DNA from: a virus
Lineage: Duplodnaviria > Caudoviricetes
DNA length: 55,906 nt
IMG/VR virus record: IMGVR_UViG_3300031552_000006
Coordinates: 1 to 55,906 of that record
Reading direction: 5' to 3' (one strand)
Below are positions 47,330 to 55,906 of this stretch, piece after piece. Position 1 is the first letter of the stretch; each line of letters starts with the position of its first letter. The translations under genes were made by a program, and so were the position numbers. The notes under the pieces are model-generated. The model had not been told where the DNA came from. It saw only the letters and a program-made list of their open reading frames with translations, and did no database searches.

Positions 47330-48483
47330 AGTTTACCTGCCTTGATAGCATCCTGGATATATTTATTTGCCTGCTTTTCATCCATTCCGCCCTGGTCCAT
47401 TAAATATTTTTTTAATGCCGCTTTTTTTTCGGAGGCGGTTCTATATTTTGTTATATCGAATTTTTCAGCTTTCTTTTTAATAGGCATAGCCTCACTATTT
47501 TGAGGCATTTCAGACGGAGGATACCAGTTTCCGGACCTTGGATCTTTTACCAGATCAATCACTTTCCCATTAATTATAGCAGTCCTTTTTTCTTCGCCAG
47601 TTTTGGAATTTTTACGAGAAATATAATTATGGGTCACTCCTTGATTTATATTGCCTGTTACTTTATTACTATTATTTTCAGTGGCATTTCCAAGTTGTAT
47701 GCCCTGAGATTGTTCTCCTGTAATTAGGGACATTTTTGCCTGAATTTGCTCCTCGGTGGGAGCGTCATTTCCGGCCTTTAATAATTGCTCTACTGCCCAT
47801 TTCCGATTTTCCTGATTTGTTTCAGGATTAAGTTTTGCTTTTGATGTATATCCCGAGGCTATAGCTGCAGCAGGCATAAGAAGTTGTTTGATTAGTTCAT
47901 CCGCGTTATTAAACTTTTGAGACTCTGAGCCATTAAAAAATACATCTATTGTTCCATCGCCATTTTTTTTCATCCCATTGACTGTTACTCCTGGAGCGCC
48001 ATAAACATCAAAAAATTGTTTAAAGCCATTGGAGTCACCCATATAAACTGATTGAACAGCCTGATTTATCATATTATTCCTTGTTCCGGCATCAGTTTGA
48101 TTGTTCTGGGAGCGAAGCGTGTCGGCTCTTGTCTGGGCCGCTGTTGCCTGTGTTCCCAATTCATTCGAACGCATGCGACTATTATTGAATTGCATCGCTT
48201 CATTAGAAAGTTTGGCTTTCTCATTTTCAAGCGAGACCGCATCAAGTTGAAGCTGTTGCTTTTTTTTATTTAAAGCATCTTCAATGGCTAGGCTTCTTAT
48301 TTCTGAAGGAGAAGGAAGATTTCCTCTTCGGGTACCTCCTGAAGGATAATTTCCAAATGTTGATTCTGTAGGCATTGCACGACGACCCCCATATACCGAA
48401 TCATAGGGCCGTTTACTTTGTTGTAAAGCTATATCACGTTGACCAAGACTATACCCCTGTGCGTAATCGCTTCCCATTGACAT
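47326..48483 (-). CDS. Putative internal virion/ejection protein
   Basis: Q/N/A-rich helical; upstream of the giant protein. Confidence 0.6.
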   Translation of the reverse strand: MSMGSDYAQGYSLGQRDIALQQSKRPYDSVYGGRRAMPTESTFGNYPSGGTRRGNLPSPSEIRSLAIEDALNKKKQQLQLDAVSLENEKAKLSNEAMQFNNSRMRSNELGTQATAAQTRADTLRSQNNQTDAGTRNNMINQAVQSVYMGDSNGFKQFFDVYGAPGVTVNGMKKNGDGTIDVFFNGSESQKFNNADELIKQLLMPAAAIASGYTSKAKLNPETNQENRKWAVEQLLKAGNDAPTEEQIQAKMSLITGEQSQGIQLGNATENNSNKVTGNINQGVTHNYISRKNSKTGEEKRTAIINGKVIDLVKDPRSGNWYPPSEMPQNSEAMPIKKKAEKFDITKYRTASEKKAALKKYLMDQGGMDEKQANKYIQDAIKAGKL

Positions 48484-48485
48484 TT

Positions 48486-49517
48486 TTAAGCTCCTTTAAC
48501 TGATATTGATCTCTGATTCGCTGGCGTTAACATAGGAGTTTTAACGCTTGTCGTTGTACGATCGCCATAAACAGAATTATATGGCATTGCATTTGTCCCC
48601 GCTTCAGCTTTTGCATTTTCAAGACCAAGCATTGTCATGCCAGCGCTCCCATATTGGGAACCTATATCGGCAACTTTCCCCGCCAATGCACCTTTAAGTT
48701 GCATTGCCTGGTTATTCGCATTTGTATCAGCCAGTTGCAAATTTGCTTCTTGATTCGTAAGGCCTGCTTTTGTGGCCGCAATATCTTTCGCTATTCCATA
48801 AGACTTTGATGGATCTATGAGAGAAAGACCTTTTGCTGCCATATCGGACACTCTATTTTTTTCTCCGGTTCTGGCAACATTCATAGCCATGGCCTCATTT
48901 CGTGCCTGATCGAGATAAGATTTTTGAGTTAATGCCCCAAATTTTCCCGAAGTAGGATCTACGCCATAGCTCATCGCTTGCCTTGTATTTTCGGCCAAAG
49001 CTTTATCAGTGGATGCCCGTACATCTGCAGATGCTCTTCCAGCTACACCGGCATAATCTGGTTTAGAAAGGTCCATGAATTGGTTTGTTAAGTCATTTCT
49101 GGCATTGATATCATTCATTGCTGAATTTATTGATGAAGTTTCAACTCCGCCATATTTCTGGCTAAAATCTTTCGATTGTTGGCCTATGTCTGAGATTAAT
49201 CCTTGAAGTTGTTCACTTCCCGGATACATTGATTTTCCGCTTCCGATATCATTAATGGCACCATTTAATGTGCTTAAGACCTGATCATTTATATCGCCCC
49301 ATTTTTTGAGAAATTCCTGCGTATAATTTCCGCTTCCGGCTCCCCCCGATGACTTTCCACCTACTGTCATTGAGGTGCTAGTTCTATTTCCCATCTGAAG
49401 ATCATAGGCATGGTCTGCTGCCCGAGCCGCTTCAATAGTGGGGTATGTTCTACCATCTTTTCCATATATAGTGGATTGAGGTCCCCATGCACCATTATGA
49501 GATGTTATTACATTCAT
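48486..49517 (-). CDS. Putative internal virion/ejection protein
   Basis: G/S/A-rich; GRASADV...GVDPTSGKF motif. Confidence 0.65.
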   Translation of the reverse strand: MNVITSHNGAWGPQSTIYGKDGRTYPTIEAARAADHAYDLQMGNRTSTSMTVGGKSSGGAGSGNYTQEFLKKWGDINDQVLSTLNGAINDIGSGKSMYPGSEQLQGLISDIGQQSKDFSQKYGGVETSSINSAMNDINARNDLTNQFMDLSKPDYAGVAGRASADVRASTDKALAENTRQAMSYGVDPTSGKFGALTQKSYLDQARNEAMAMNVARTGEKNRVSDMAAKGLSLIDPSKSYGIAKDIAATKAGLTNQEANLQLADTNANNQAMQLKGALAGKVADIGSQYGSAGMTMLGLENAKAEAGTNAMPYNSVYGDRTTTSVKTPMLTPANQRSISVKGA

Positions 49518-49518
49518 T

Positions 49519-50025
49519 TTATCCTCCCATTAATTCCTCTACAGATGTCGCCATAACAAACCTTTTAACCGGAACATTACCTTCTATCTGAACTTCAAAT
49601 ATCCTTCCTCTATATTTTTCTTTAATAGCAAAAGGGATATCAGTTGCATAGACTTCTTTTGTAAAATATAAGGATCCATCTACATAAAATTTTACAGAAA
49701 GATTAAAATCCCCTGAATAATCAGCAACCGTGGGCACTGTTTCGAGTAGGTCCCCGTTAATTGAAAATTTTCCAATCACATCTTCACCAACGGCGCCATG
49801 AATAGCGAGGCCTGATATTCGGCTCACGTTTCTTTCAATGGTTTCATTTCTGGCAATGATCGAATCATAATAATCCTGCCTATCTCCGGTATCGGCGATT
49901 ACCCGAGCCCGGGTAAAGCTCAATTTAAAAGGGAATATCCACTTTCGACTTTTCCAAATATAATTATTTGGATAGGGCTGAGAGCTGTCTCCCTGCCATT
50001 GATATATTCGGTTTCGATAATTCAT
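49519..50025 (-). CDS. Tail nozzle C-terminal-like protein
   Basis: IYQW.G...WKSRKW, FEVQIEG, MATSVEEL. Confidence 0.6.
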   Translation of the reverse strand: MNYRNRIYQWQGDSSQPYPNNYIWKSRKWIFPFKLSFTRARVIADTGDRQDYYDSIIARNETIERNVSRISGLAIHGAVGEDVIGKFSINGDLLETVPTVADYSGDFNLSVKFYVDGSLYFTKEVYATDIPFAIKEKYRGRIFEVQIEGNVPVKRFVMATSVEELMGG

Positions 50026-50089
50026 ATTAACCTTAATTGTTATATCAAAATTAACATTTCTCGTTTTTACACTTAAATTGAGGCAAAAA

Positions 50090-52120
50090 TTAAGTGGTTT
50101 GATACATTACCTGGTAATCATTTGAGCCATCAGGATCAGTCGCAAATTGAATCGTTCCATAAGTTGTACTTATTGTCTGGGAAGCGACCGGCGAATCATC
50201 ATCATTTATATTAACTTTAAGGATATCTGATTCTACCTCAATACTATTCCCGAGACCAAATTTTTTACCATATCCCAGATCTAAGGTATCACCAGACCCA
50301 GCTCCTGTTACTGAGTTTATAGTGATAGAATCAATATGTGAAAAAGCTACGTTCAGATCGTTTGATCCTATTATCAGATCGGTCAATGTTTTATTTTCAG
50401 AGCCTGCAGACCCATCCGCCAGTGTTCCAGCAATGGTAATATCTATGGCAGAAATTGAAGTATCACCATCAGTAATAGTAAGGACAACATTTCTGGGATA
50501 ATCTGGTTGTGAAATGCCGGCCATCACTCCGGCTCCTCCGCTCAAATCATATTGGGTGGCTTTCCCTGAAGTTGCCCTGGCATCTGGATTTAGTAAAGAT
50601 TCTTTAAACTGAGACATCGATGTGCTCCTGATAAAATAAAGTTTGTCGTTGGGTCCCACATATGTGGAAAAACAATAAAAATCCAGTGTGGTCGGTTCCG
50701 AATTTGATAAAAGGTCAAATACAAATCCCCCTTCACTGTCCCCGGAATAGAACCCATAATATTTATTATTATGAATAGCTCCATGCATTGTTGATGGGTA
50801 AAGATTTTTCCATTCCTCCACAGTATAATGGGCCTTAGTTATGATATTATTGGCGCCATTTCCTACATACCTAAGCCCATCAGCGGCTGGATATATTACG
50901 CCATTTTCATATGGAACCGCGCCTCTTTTGGATAAGTTCGGTTTGGTGTGTTCGAGAGGATCAATAGTTATGGCTGCAGGAGAAGTGCCCTGTAAAATAT
51001 AGGCTTTTTTTGTTGTGCAAATTACGGCTGCACCTTCACCGATAGAGGTAATGGATACTATTGATTCCGGTACTGCCTGGCTAAATTCAATAGGGAACGC
51101 CCACATTTTATATGGTATTGAAAAATATATATCTTTCCCTTTAAATGCTACCGCTATCCCATTTCCGATATAGCAGAGTCCAAGCAAATCATCGTCAGCA
51201 GGATCATAATCAGCTATTCCCGCCCCTCCCCGGGAAATACTGATGGTAGGACATGAATTACTAAGATCAGCATCTTCTTTACTATCAGCATAAGTTGTGG
51301 TCGAAATAGCGATTTGAGTTACAAATTGATATGTAGCGGTCTCATTTCCGATTATTATTCGATAAATTCTTTTATAAGATAAATTATTATTAAAACATTG
51401 CCATACCGCAGAACCATCATAAGTGTATCCATTCACAGTTTCATTCCAGGTTGGTTCGCTTGAACCGGTTGTTCCGGACTGAACACATTTAAAAAGATAA
51501 GTTCCGCCTTCATCTGTAGTCTTATATACTGAATTTGAGGCTTTTACTTCAGTGGCAGACTGCCATATCATAGACATATCAGATAAATTGACCAATTGCC
51601 CATTCTTAGCCGTGACCTGGCTGCTTGCATTTGAAGGATACCCCTCTTCTCCCCATTCGCTTACAACAGTCCAGATATAATTTATATACCTGTCATCGCC
51701 TGAGCCCGCAGGAGGAGAACTTGCCGATGCGGTTGGAGACAGTAAGGGTGTCGGAATCGAAAGTGGATAAGCATCCCTGGGCATAGCCCCGGTACCGGTA
51801 ATTATCATGTCTCGTTTTGATTTTTTTGGTATACCTGATCCGGTCCAGAATATTTTCCCTTCGGTATCCCCGGAAACGGGGGCCTCTATCAAATCAACCT
51901 CTGCCTCCCATTCGAGCCAATATTCATCCTGATAGAGATAAATCTTTTTCACAATCCCTATATTATCAAGAGTATCGGCTATCAGATAATTATCCCATGG
52001 CCTCAAATTCCCATTCCAGAGCTTACAATTCTGAGCTATTTGAGCCTCATTATTTCCGATATTGTCAGGCGAAACGCTTGGGCGAATGCCTTGGAAGAAT
52101 GGTATTGATATTTTTGTCAT
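50090..52120 (-). CDS. Tail nozzle/stabilisation protein
   Basis: F.GIRP...AQIAQNC N-terminus, WGEEGYPS, RIYR, FS.PY..WAFP. Confidence 0.75.
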   Translation of the reverse strand: MTKISIPFFQGIRPSVSPDNIGNNEAQIAQNCKLWNGNLRPWDNYLIADTLDNIGIVKKIYLYQDEYWLEWEAEVDLIEAPVSGDTEGKIFWTGSGIPKKSKRDMIITGTGAMPRDAYPLSIPTPLLSPTASASSPPAGSGDDRYINYIWTVVSEWGEEGYPSNASSQVTAKNGQLVNLSDMSMIWQSATEVKASNSVYKTTDEGGTYLFKCVQSGTTGSSEPTWNETVNGYTYDGSAVWQCFNNNLSYKRIYRIIIGNETATYQFVTQIAISTTTYADSKEDADLSNSCPTISISRGGAGIADYDPADDDLLGLCYIGNGIAVAFKGKDIYFSIPYKMWAFPIEFSQAVPESIVSITSIGEGAAVICTTKKAYILQGTSPAAITIDPLEHTKPNLSKRGAVPYENGVIYPAADGLRYVGNGANNIITKAHYTVEEWKNLYPSTMHGAIHNNKYYGFYSGDSEGGFVFDLLSNSEPTTLDFYCFSTYVGPNDKLYFIRSTSMSQFKESLLNPDARATSGKATQYDLSGGAGVMAGISQPDYPRNVVLTITDGDTSISAIDITIAGTLADGSAGSENKTLTDLIIGSNDLNVAFSHIDSITINSVTGAGSGDTLDLGYGKKFGLGNSIEVESDILKVNINDDDSPVASQTISTTYGTIQFATDPDGSNDYQVMYQTT

Positions 52121-52129
52121 TATATTCCA

Positions 52130-53563
52130 TTAGATTGTTAGTAAAATTTTACCGGAATCTCCTACGACAACAATAAGACTTGATGTCACGAACACATCAT
52201 TAAGATTGACTGTTTCACTATTTATTTTTTTTGTCCAAGTCGATCCTCCGTCATCAGAAACATAAATAAGTGAATGATCTCCAACGATACAATAAAGATC
52301 TTGAACACTGTTATAATTTATTCGATTAAAATTATAAACCTCATCTACAGAATCATCGATCCATGAAGAGGCTTGATCATAAGATGAGGACGCATGCCTG
52401 ATATTACCAGATTCCCCAACAGCGATAAGGTCATTTCCATTTGAAATTAAATGATTAAAGCCTTTTGTAAATACATTTACAACATTTAAGGCAAATGGGC
52501 TACTTGGGTCTAGGTTTCCGCTGCCATCTATTATTTGAGGATTTGCAATTGTGGTTATTGCTAATGTCCCATCATCGAAAACAATGACAATATGTCCATC
52601 TGGTGTAAATGCTAATCCGGTTGGAGAGGAAGTCGAATAACTGCTTAAATCTTGAATTAAACTATATGTTTTAAATTTAAAAATTATCCTGGGACTACCA
52701 TTATAAGTTCCAACTAAAATCTGGGCATCCCAAAGGGTTGATCCATCATTCCAATAATCTGATGCAATTATTACATCGTTTACGATATGCAGAGATGTAA
52801 GACGACCTGACCCCGCATCCTGGTTCCATGTTATTCCATCAGACGAATACTCAATATAAAGCCATTGATACGCCCTGAAAAATGTAGAGCCTCCAAATAA
52901 TTCATATATAAGCCTTGCTGGTGATGGGTCAGGCGTAGGAATGGGAAGTTTATATCCTTCGTCTGTCCATTCTTTAAAATCGCCATCGATTGAGGTTAAA
53001 ATTCTGCCATTTTCAGAGGCTGCTATTGCTAAACCACTATTGTCATAGATTACAGCTGTTAAATTTTCATCAGTCCCTGAAGATATCAAATCTATATCAT
53101 AAGGAGATCCCGCGATTAATTGCCAGGAAGTTCCTGTAATATTTTTCCACCATCTTTTTTGAAAATCATATGCTCCATTTTGAAAAACCTTTTCACCCAC
53201 ATATTTAGCCGTAAGCACTCCGTTTGGATTATATGCAATTTCCCTGAAAGCTTCTTTTTGAATAAATTGGCTCGCATCATCTTCAGTGATTCGCTGTGAA
53301 ATTACACAACCATCTGTCCAGGACCTGGCACTCACTCCGCGTGAAGCGGTCAGCTTATTATTTTTGAAATCGATATCTGTAATAGTGATAACTTCCCTGT
53401 TACCCAGACGATCCACAATGGTAGCGTGTAATGATTTTGCCGTGATCCAATTCGTTGCCAATGTATGAATATAGCCTGGATAAAGTTCAATCGAAGTATC
53501 GATATCGGTTATGCCGCCCTTAATCCTGCCATAAGCTTTTGTATTAAACCTAAGTTCTGTCAT
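52130..53563 (-). CDS. Tail-associated protein with C-terminal WD40/BNR-like propeller
   Basis: Likely start MTELRF; SSDGITW, SDDGGSTW, VVVGDSGKIL. Confidence 0.7.
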   Translation of the reverse strand: MTELRFNTKAYGRIKGGITDIDTSIELYPGYIHTLATNWITAKSLHATIVDRLGNREVITITDIDFKNNKLTASRGVSARSWTDGCVISQRITEDDASQFIQKEAFREIAYNPNGVLTAKYVGEKVFQNGAYDFQKRWWKNITGTSWQLIAGSPYDIDLISSGTDENLTAVIYDNSGLAIAASENGRILTSIDGDFKEWTDEGYKLPIPTPDPSPARLIYELFGGSTFFRAYQWLYIEYSSDGITWNQDAGSGRLTSLHIVNDVIIASDYWNDGSTLWDAQILVGTYNGSPRIIFKFKTYSLIQDLSSYSTSSPTGLAFTPDGHIVIVFDDGTLAITTIANPQIIDGSGNLDPSSPFALNVVNVFTKGFNHLISNGNDLIAVGESGNIRHASSSYDQASSWIDDSVDEVYNFNRINYNSVQDLYCIVGDHSLIYVSDDGGSTWTKKINSETVNLNDVFVTSSLIVVVGDSGKILLTI

Positions 53564-53567
53564 ATAA

Positions 53568-53837
53568 TCAAAACCCTTCCTGCGATTTGCCACACATTGG
53601 GCAATAAATTCCGTCCAGGGATATGCAAAAAAGTGAATTTCCACAATTACAATGCCAATGTAATCCTTCTCTTTCTACTTGATTTTTAAATACCATTTTA
53701 AAGCAATGGCATTTTTCGCATTCTAAGAAAGTTATTCCTATTGGTGCTATAGAAATACCTTCATGGCCACATTGAAGGCAAATCGTTTCTCCTGAAAGAT
53801 GAGGATCAGGCTTATAATCATTAATATTTTCAATCAA
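53568..53837 (-). CDS. Small multi-CxxC zinc-ribbon protein
   Basis: CLQC, CEKC, CNC, CPMC. Confidence 0.6.
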   Translation of the reverse strand: MIENINDYKPDPHLSGETICLQCGHEGISIAPIGITFLECEKCHCFKMVFKNQVEREGLHWHCNCGNSLFCISLDGIYCPMCGKSQEGF

Positions 53838-53851
53838 AAGGAAATTTCCTT

Positions 53852-54058
53852 TTACCCTTTTACCCGGTTCAGTCTCGGATTTGCTTTCTTTGCCTTAGCA
53901 CTTGCACCCCTGGTTTTTGATGCAAGTATAGCGCCAGCCACCTCTTCTCCATAGGGCTTCCCGGTTTTAGGATTTATCTCTTTTGCTATACTTGATTGAA
54001 CCTTACTGAATCCGGGATGGGCGCCAAAATGATTCTGTGAGTGTATTACTTTAGACAT
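53852..54058 (-). CDS. Small basic hypothetical protein
   Basis: HPGFSKVQ..IA...AGAILAS.TR. Confidence 0.7.
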   Translation of the reverse strand: MSKVIHSQNHFGAHPGFSKVQSSIAKEINPKTGKPYGEEVAGAILASKTRGASAKAKKANPRLNRVKG

Positions 54059-54072
54059 TTTTCAATTCCTTT

Positions 54073-54504
54073 CTATGAACTCATAAGTTTCCAGGAAGTT
54101 CCTGTAATATGCTTATACCAAAGGCTGTTTGTGGTATCCAGAACCTCCTCGCCAGTATACTCTGCAGCAAGGGTACCGTCTGGGCTTCCATCAACCTCTC
54201 TATAAACTCCTTTTTGAAGGAGAAGATTTAAAACAGTGGCACTTATCGCATGAATAACAGTCGAGCCTTTTGGAAATGAATTTGAATCTGTTCTGGAAAC
54301 TGTTAATGTATCCGAACTTCTTCCAGTGCATATCATCCAGGAGCCAGTATTGCCATTTTTTACATATATTTCAAATTGCTCGTCTGCACCTGGATCAGGA
54401 AAGTTTACCCCCTCACCACTATTTAATGTCAATGTGGTATCTGATCCACCCATGGCGGAGAGTAGCGTTCCAGAAGCATTATTTGAAAAAATATATTCTG
54501 TCAT
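54073..54504 (-). CDS. Tail-fibre N-terminal-like protein
   Basis: FSNNASGTL..., paralogous to the N-terminus of 52130-53563. Confidence 0.65.
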   Translation of the reverse strand: MTEYIFSNNASGTLLSAMGGSDTTLTLNSGEGVNFPDPGADEQFEIYVKNGNTGSWMICTGRSSDTLTVSRTDSNSFPKGSTVIHAISATVLNLLLQKGVYREVDGSPDGTLAAEYTGEEVLDTTNSLWYKHITGTSWKLMSS

Positions 54505-55181
54505 GCCAGAGGCCTCATTTTGACTTGTAGATTCATATTTGTAGCACCGGTTATTCTTCTGCTTTTACCATTATTACACGCAGCCATAAAAGGTACATTA
54601 TGATATGCGGCCATATTGGGATCAAACCATGGCATATTTTTTTTCATGTATAGATTTGCGAGTGCCCCATGTCCTATTTCCTCTCTATACTCATTATAAA
54701 GAAAATCCGGTAACGAGGTGGCTGTTTTTAAAGGTTTTAAAATAACTGTGACTAGCAGCCCCTCAGTACTTGATTCCGTAGGATTACCCACAAAATAAAG
54801 AGTGGTTTTATCTACTGGATCAACATAAAAATTATATGGAGATTCAATATCAGAATATTTCCAGCCGCCTCCGCTGTTTCTATTTTGCTGAACCTCTGAG
54901 ACGGGATAAACGGTCCTGAATTGATCGTCATCCTCTCCATCAGATTTATATTGGACGTCATCAATAACAATTATCTCCGCCTGCAGAGAGGCATCCACTG
55001 TCAATGAATAATCTCTATCATTTATATTCGTGGTGATACGGGCAAGATCGACTTTCCAAAGATGGGTTTTTTCACAAAACTTTATCGCGGCGCTTCGAAC
55101 TGCTTCTCGAAGCCCGGTAAATGGCACATTAGAAATATCCGGCTCTATTTCCGGATACCATAAAGTAAATGCTTTTGACAT
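54501..55181 (-). CDS. Head-tail adaptor/tail tubular protein
   Basis: AAIKFCEKTHLW, I.HGALA.L...PW motifs. Confidence 0.7.
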   Translation of the reverse strand: MSKAFTLWYPEIEPDISNVPFTGLREAVRSAAIKFCEKTHLWKVDLARITTNINDRDYSLTVDASLQAEIIVIDDVQYKSDGEDDDQFRTVYPVSEVQQNRNSGGGWKYSDIESPYNFYVDPVDKTTLYFVGNPTESSTEGLLVTVILKPLKTATSLPDFLYNEYREEIGHGALANLYMKKNMPWFDPNMAAYHNVPFMAACNNGKSRRITGATNMNLQVKMRPLA

Positions 55182-55192
55182 TACACGCGCTC

Positions 55193-55828
55193 CTAAGTTG
55201 CGCGGGCTGCAAGACCTGACATAAACTCTTTATTTGCATCATCTTCCCTGACTTTATTTCCAGGAATATCAGAATCTTTCTTGTATGAAAGCTCTATGAT
55301 TTTTTCCTGCAGAGTCAAAACAAAATCATCTATAATGCCAACTAATGCATTTTCCCAATCACCTTCATCATCATAAACGATGTCATCAGGTATTTTAGGG
55401 AATCTTGCCAGAACATATGTTGTTCCATCGGAGGGGGGATAAACATAGAATGTTTTTTTGTCATTTGGATCGGATATCCAGTTAATAATGACATTATCCG
55501 CGTCGGCTGTGCGCCAACTCCGATCAAATGCTTTTATGGACATAAGATCAGCCTGGGATATCGTATCCCCTTCGGTTTTACCATCCGTCCCCATATTACA
55601 AATAATATCAAGAGCTTTAAACGCATATGCGGGCATAGATTGTTTTGAACCAGATGCAAGTTTAATAGGTTCTTCAACAGCGTTCGCGGAATCGTTCATA
55701 GATATGATTTCTTTGGTTGCCAGATTATAATTAGTGATAAGCTGATCAAGGCTCCACTGATCATAGTCCAGGTCCTGAAGAATATCTATTACTGTATCAA
55801 TTAATTTTTTTACCGTTATTGATGCCAT
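55193..55828 (-). CDS. Head-tail adaptor protein
   Basis: LQD....WS..QL...N.A N-terminus, FYVYPP, YKKDSD. Confidence 0.7.
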   Translation of the reverse strand: MASITVKKLIDTVIDILQDLDYDQWSLDQLITNYNLATKEIISMNDSANAVEEPIKLASGSKQSMPAYAFKALDIICNMGTDGKTEGDTISQADLMSIKAFDRSWRTADADNVIINWISDPNDKKTFYVYPPSDGTTYVLARFPKIPDDIVYDDEGDWENALVGIIDDFVLTLQEKIIELSYKKDSDIPGNKVREDDANKEFMSGLAARAT

Positions 55829-55906
55829 GGCTTAAGCTTCAAATAATCTGTTTATCCGCAAAGAAATTGCTTCATTTCTATAAGTTTCGGGGGATTTCCG
55901 GTTATC
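55780..55906. repeat. Terminal direct repeat, second copy
   Basis: Identical to 1-127. Confidence 0.95.

Overview
The window is an apparently complete, circularly assembled tailed-phage genome of about 55.78 kb. Bases 1-127 equal 55780-55906, a k-mer-sized assembly overlap. The layout is podovirus-like. A minus-strand late region holds TerS, TerL, portal, scaffold, capsid, adaptors, tail and ejection proteins, a 2723-aa polyvalent-type protein and a DUF5675-type lysis block. A minus-strand replication block holds an initiator, DnaC-like loader, VRR-NUC, C5-methyltransferase and sigma region-4 protein. A plus-strand early block holds two CAT tRNAs, SbcD/SbcC, an SF2 helicase, HNH, YopX and many small ORFs. 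I found no integrase, reverse transcriptase, Cas or TnpB gene. Two signals stand out. (1) At least seven integron attC-like sites are present; four are textbook (R/L boxes, extrahelical bases) and three degenerate. Six bound small-gene cassettes at 26.2-27.8 kb and 32.9-33.7 kb and one sits at the portal stop, with no IntI in the genome. (2) An orphan IS200/IS605 right-end/TnpB omegaRNA-like scaffold sits directly behind a strong promoter, followed by a possible guide and two initiator-like tRNAs. Other oddities are a dual-coded methyltransferase locus, two pseudoknot-like leaders and a 7x129-bp beta-propeller gene with combinatorial blade variation. Protein calls rest on motif recognition and gene context only; no searches were run.
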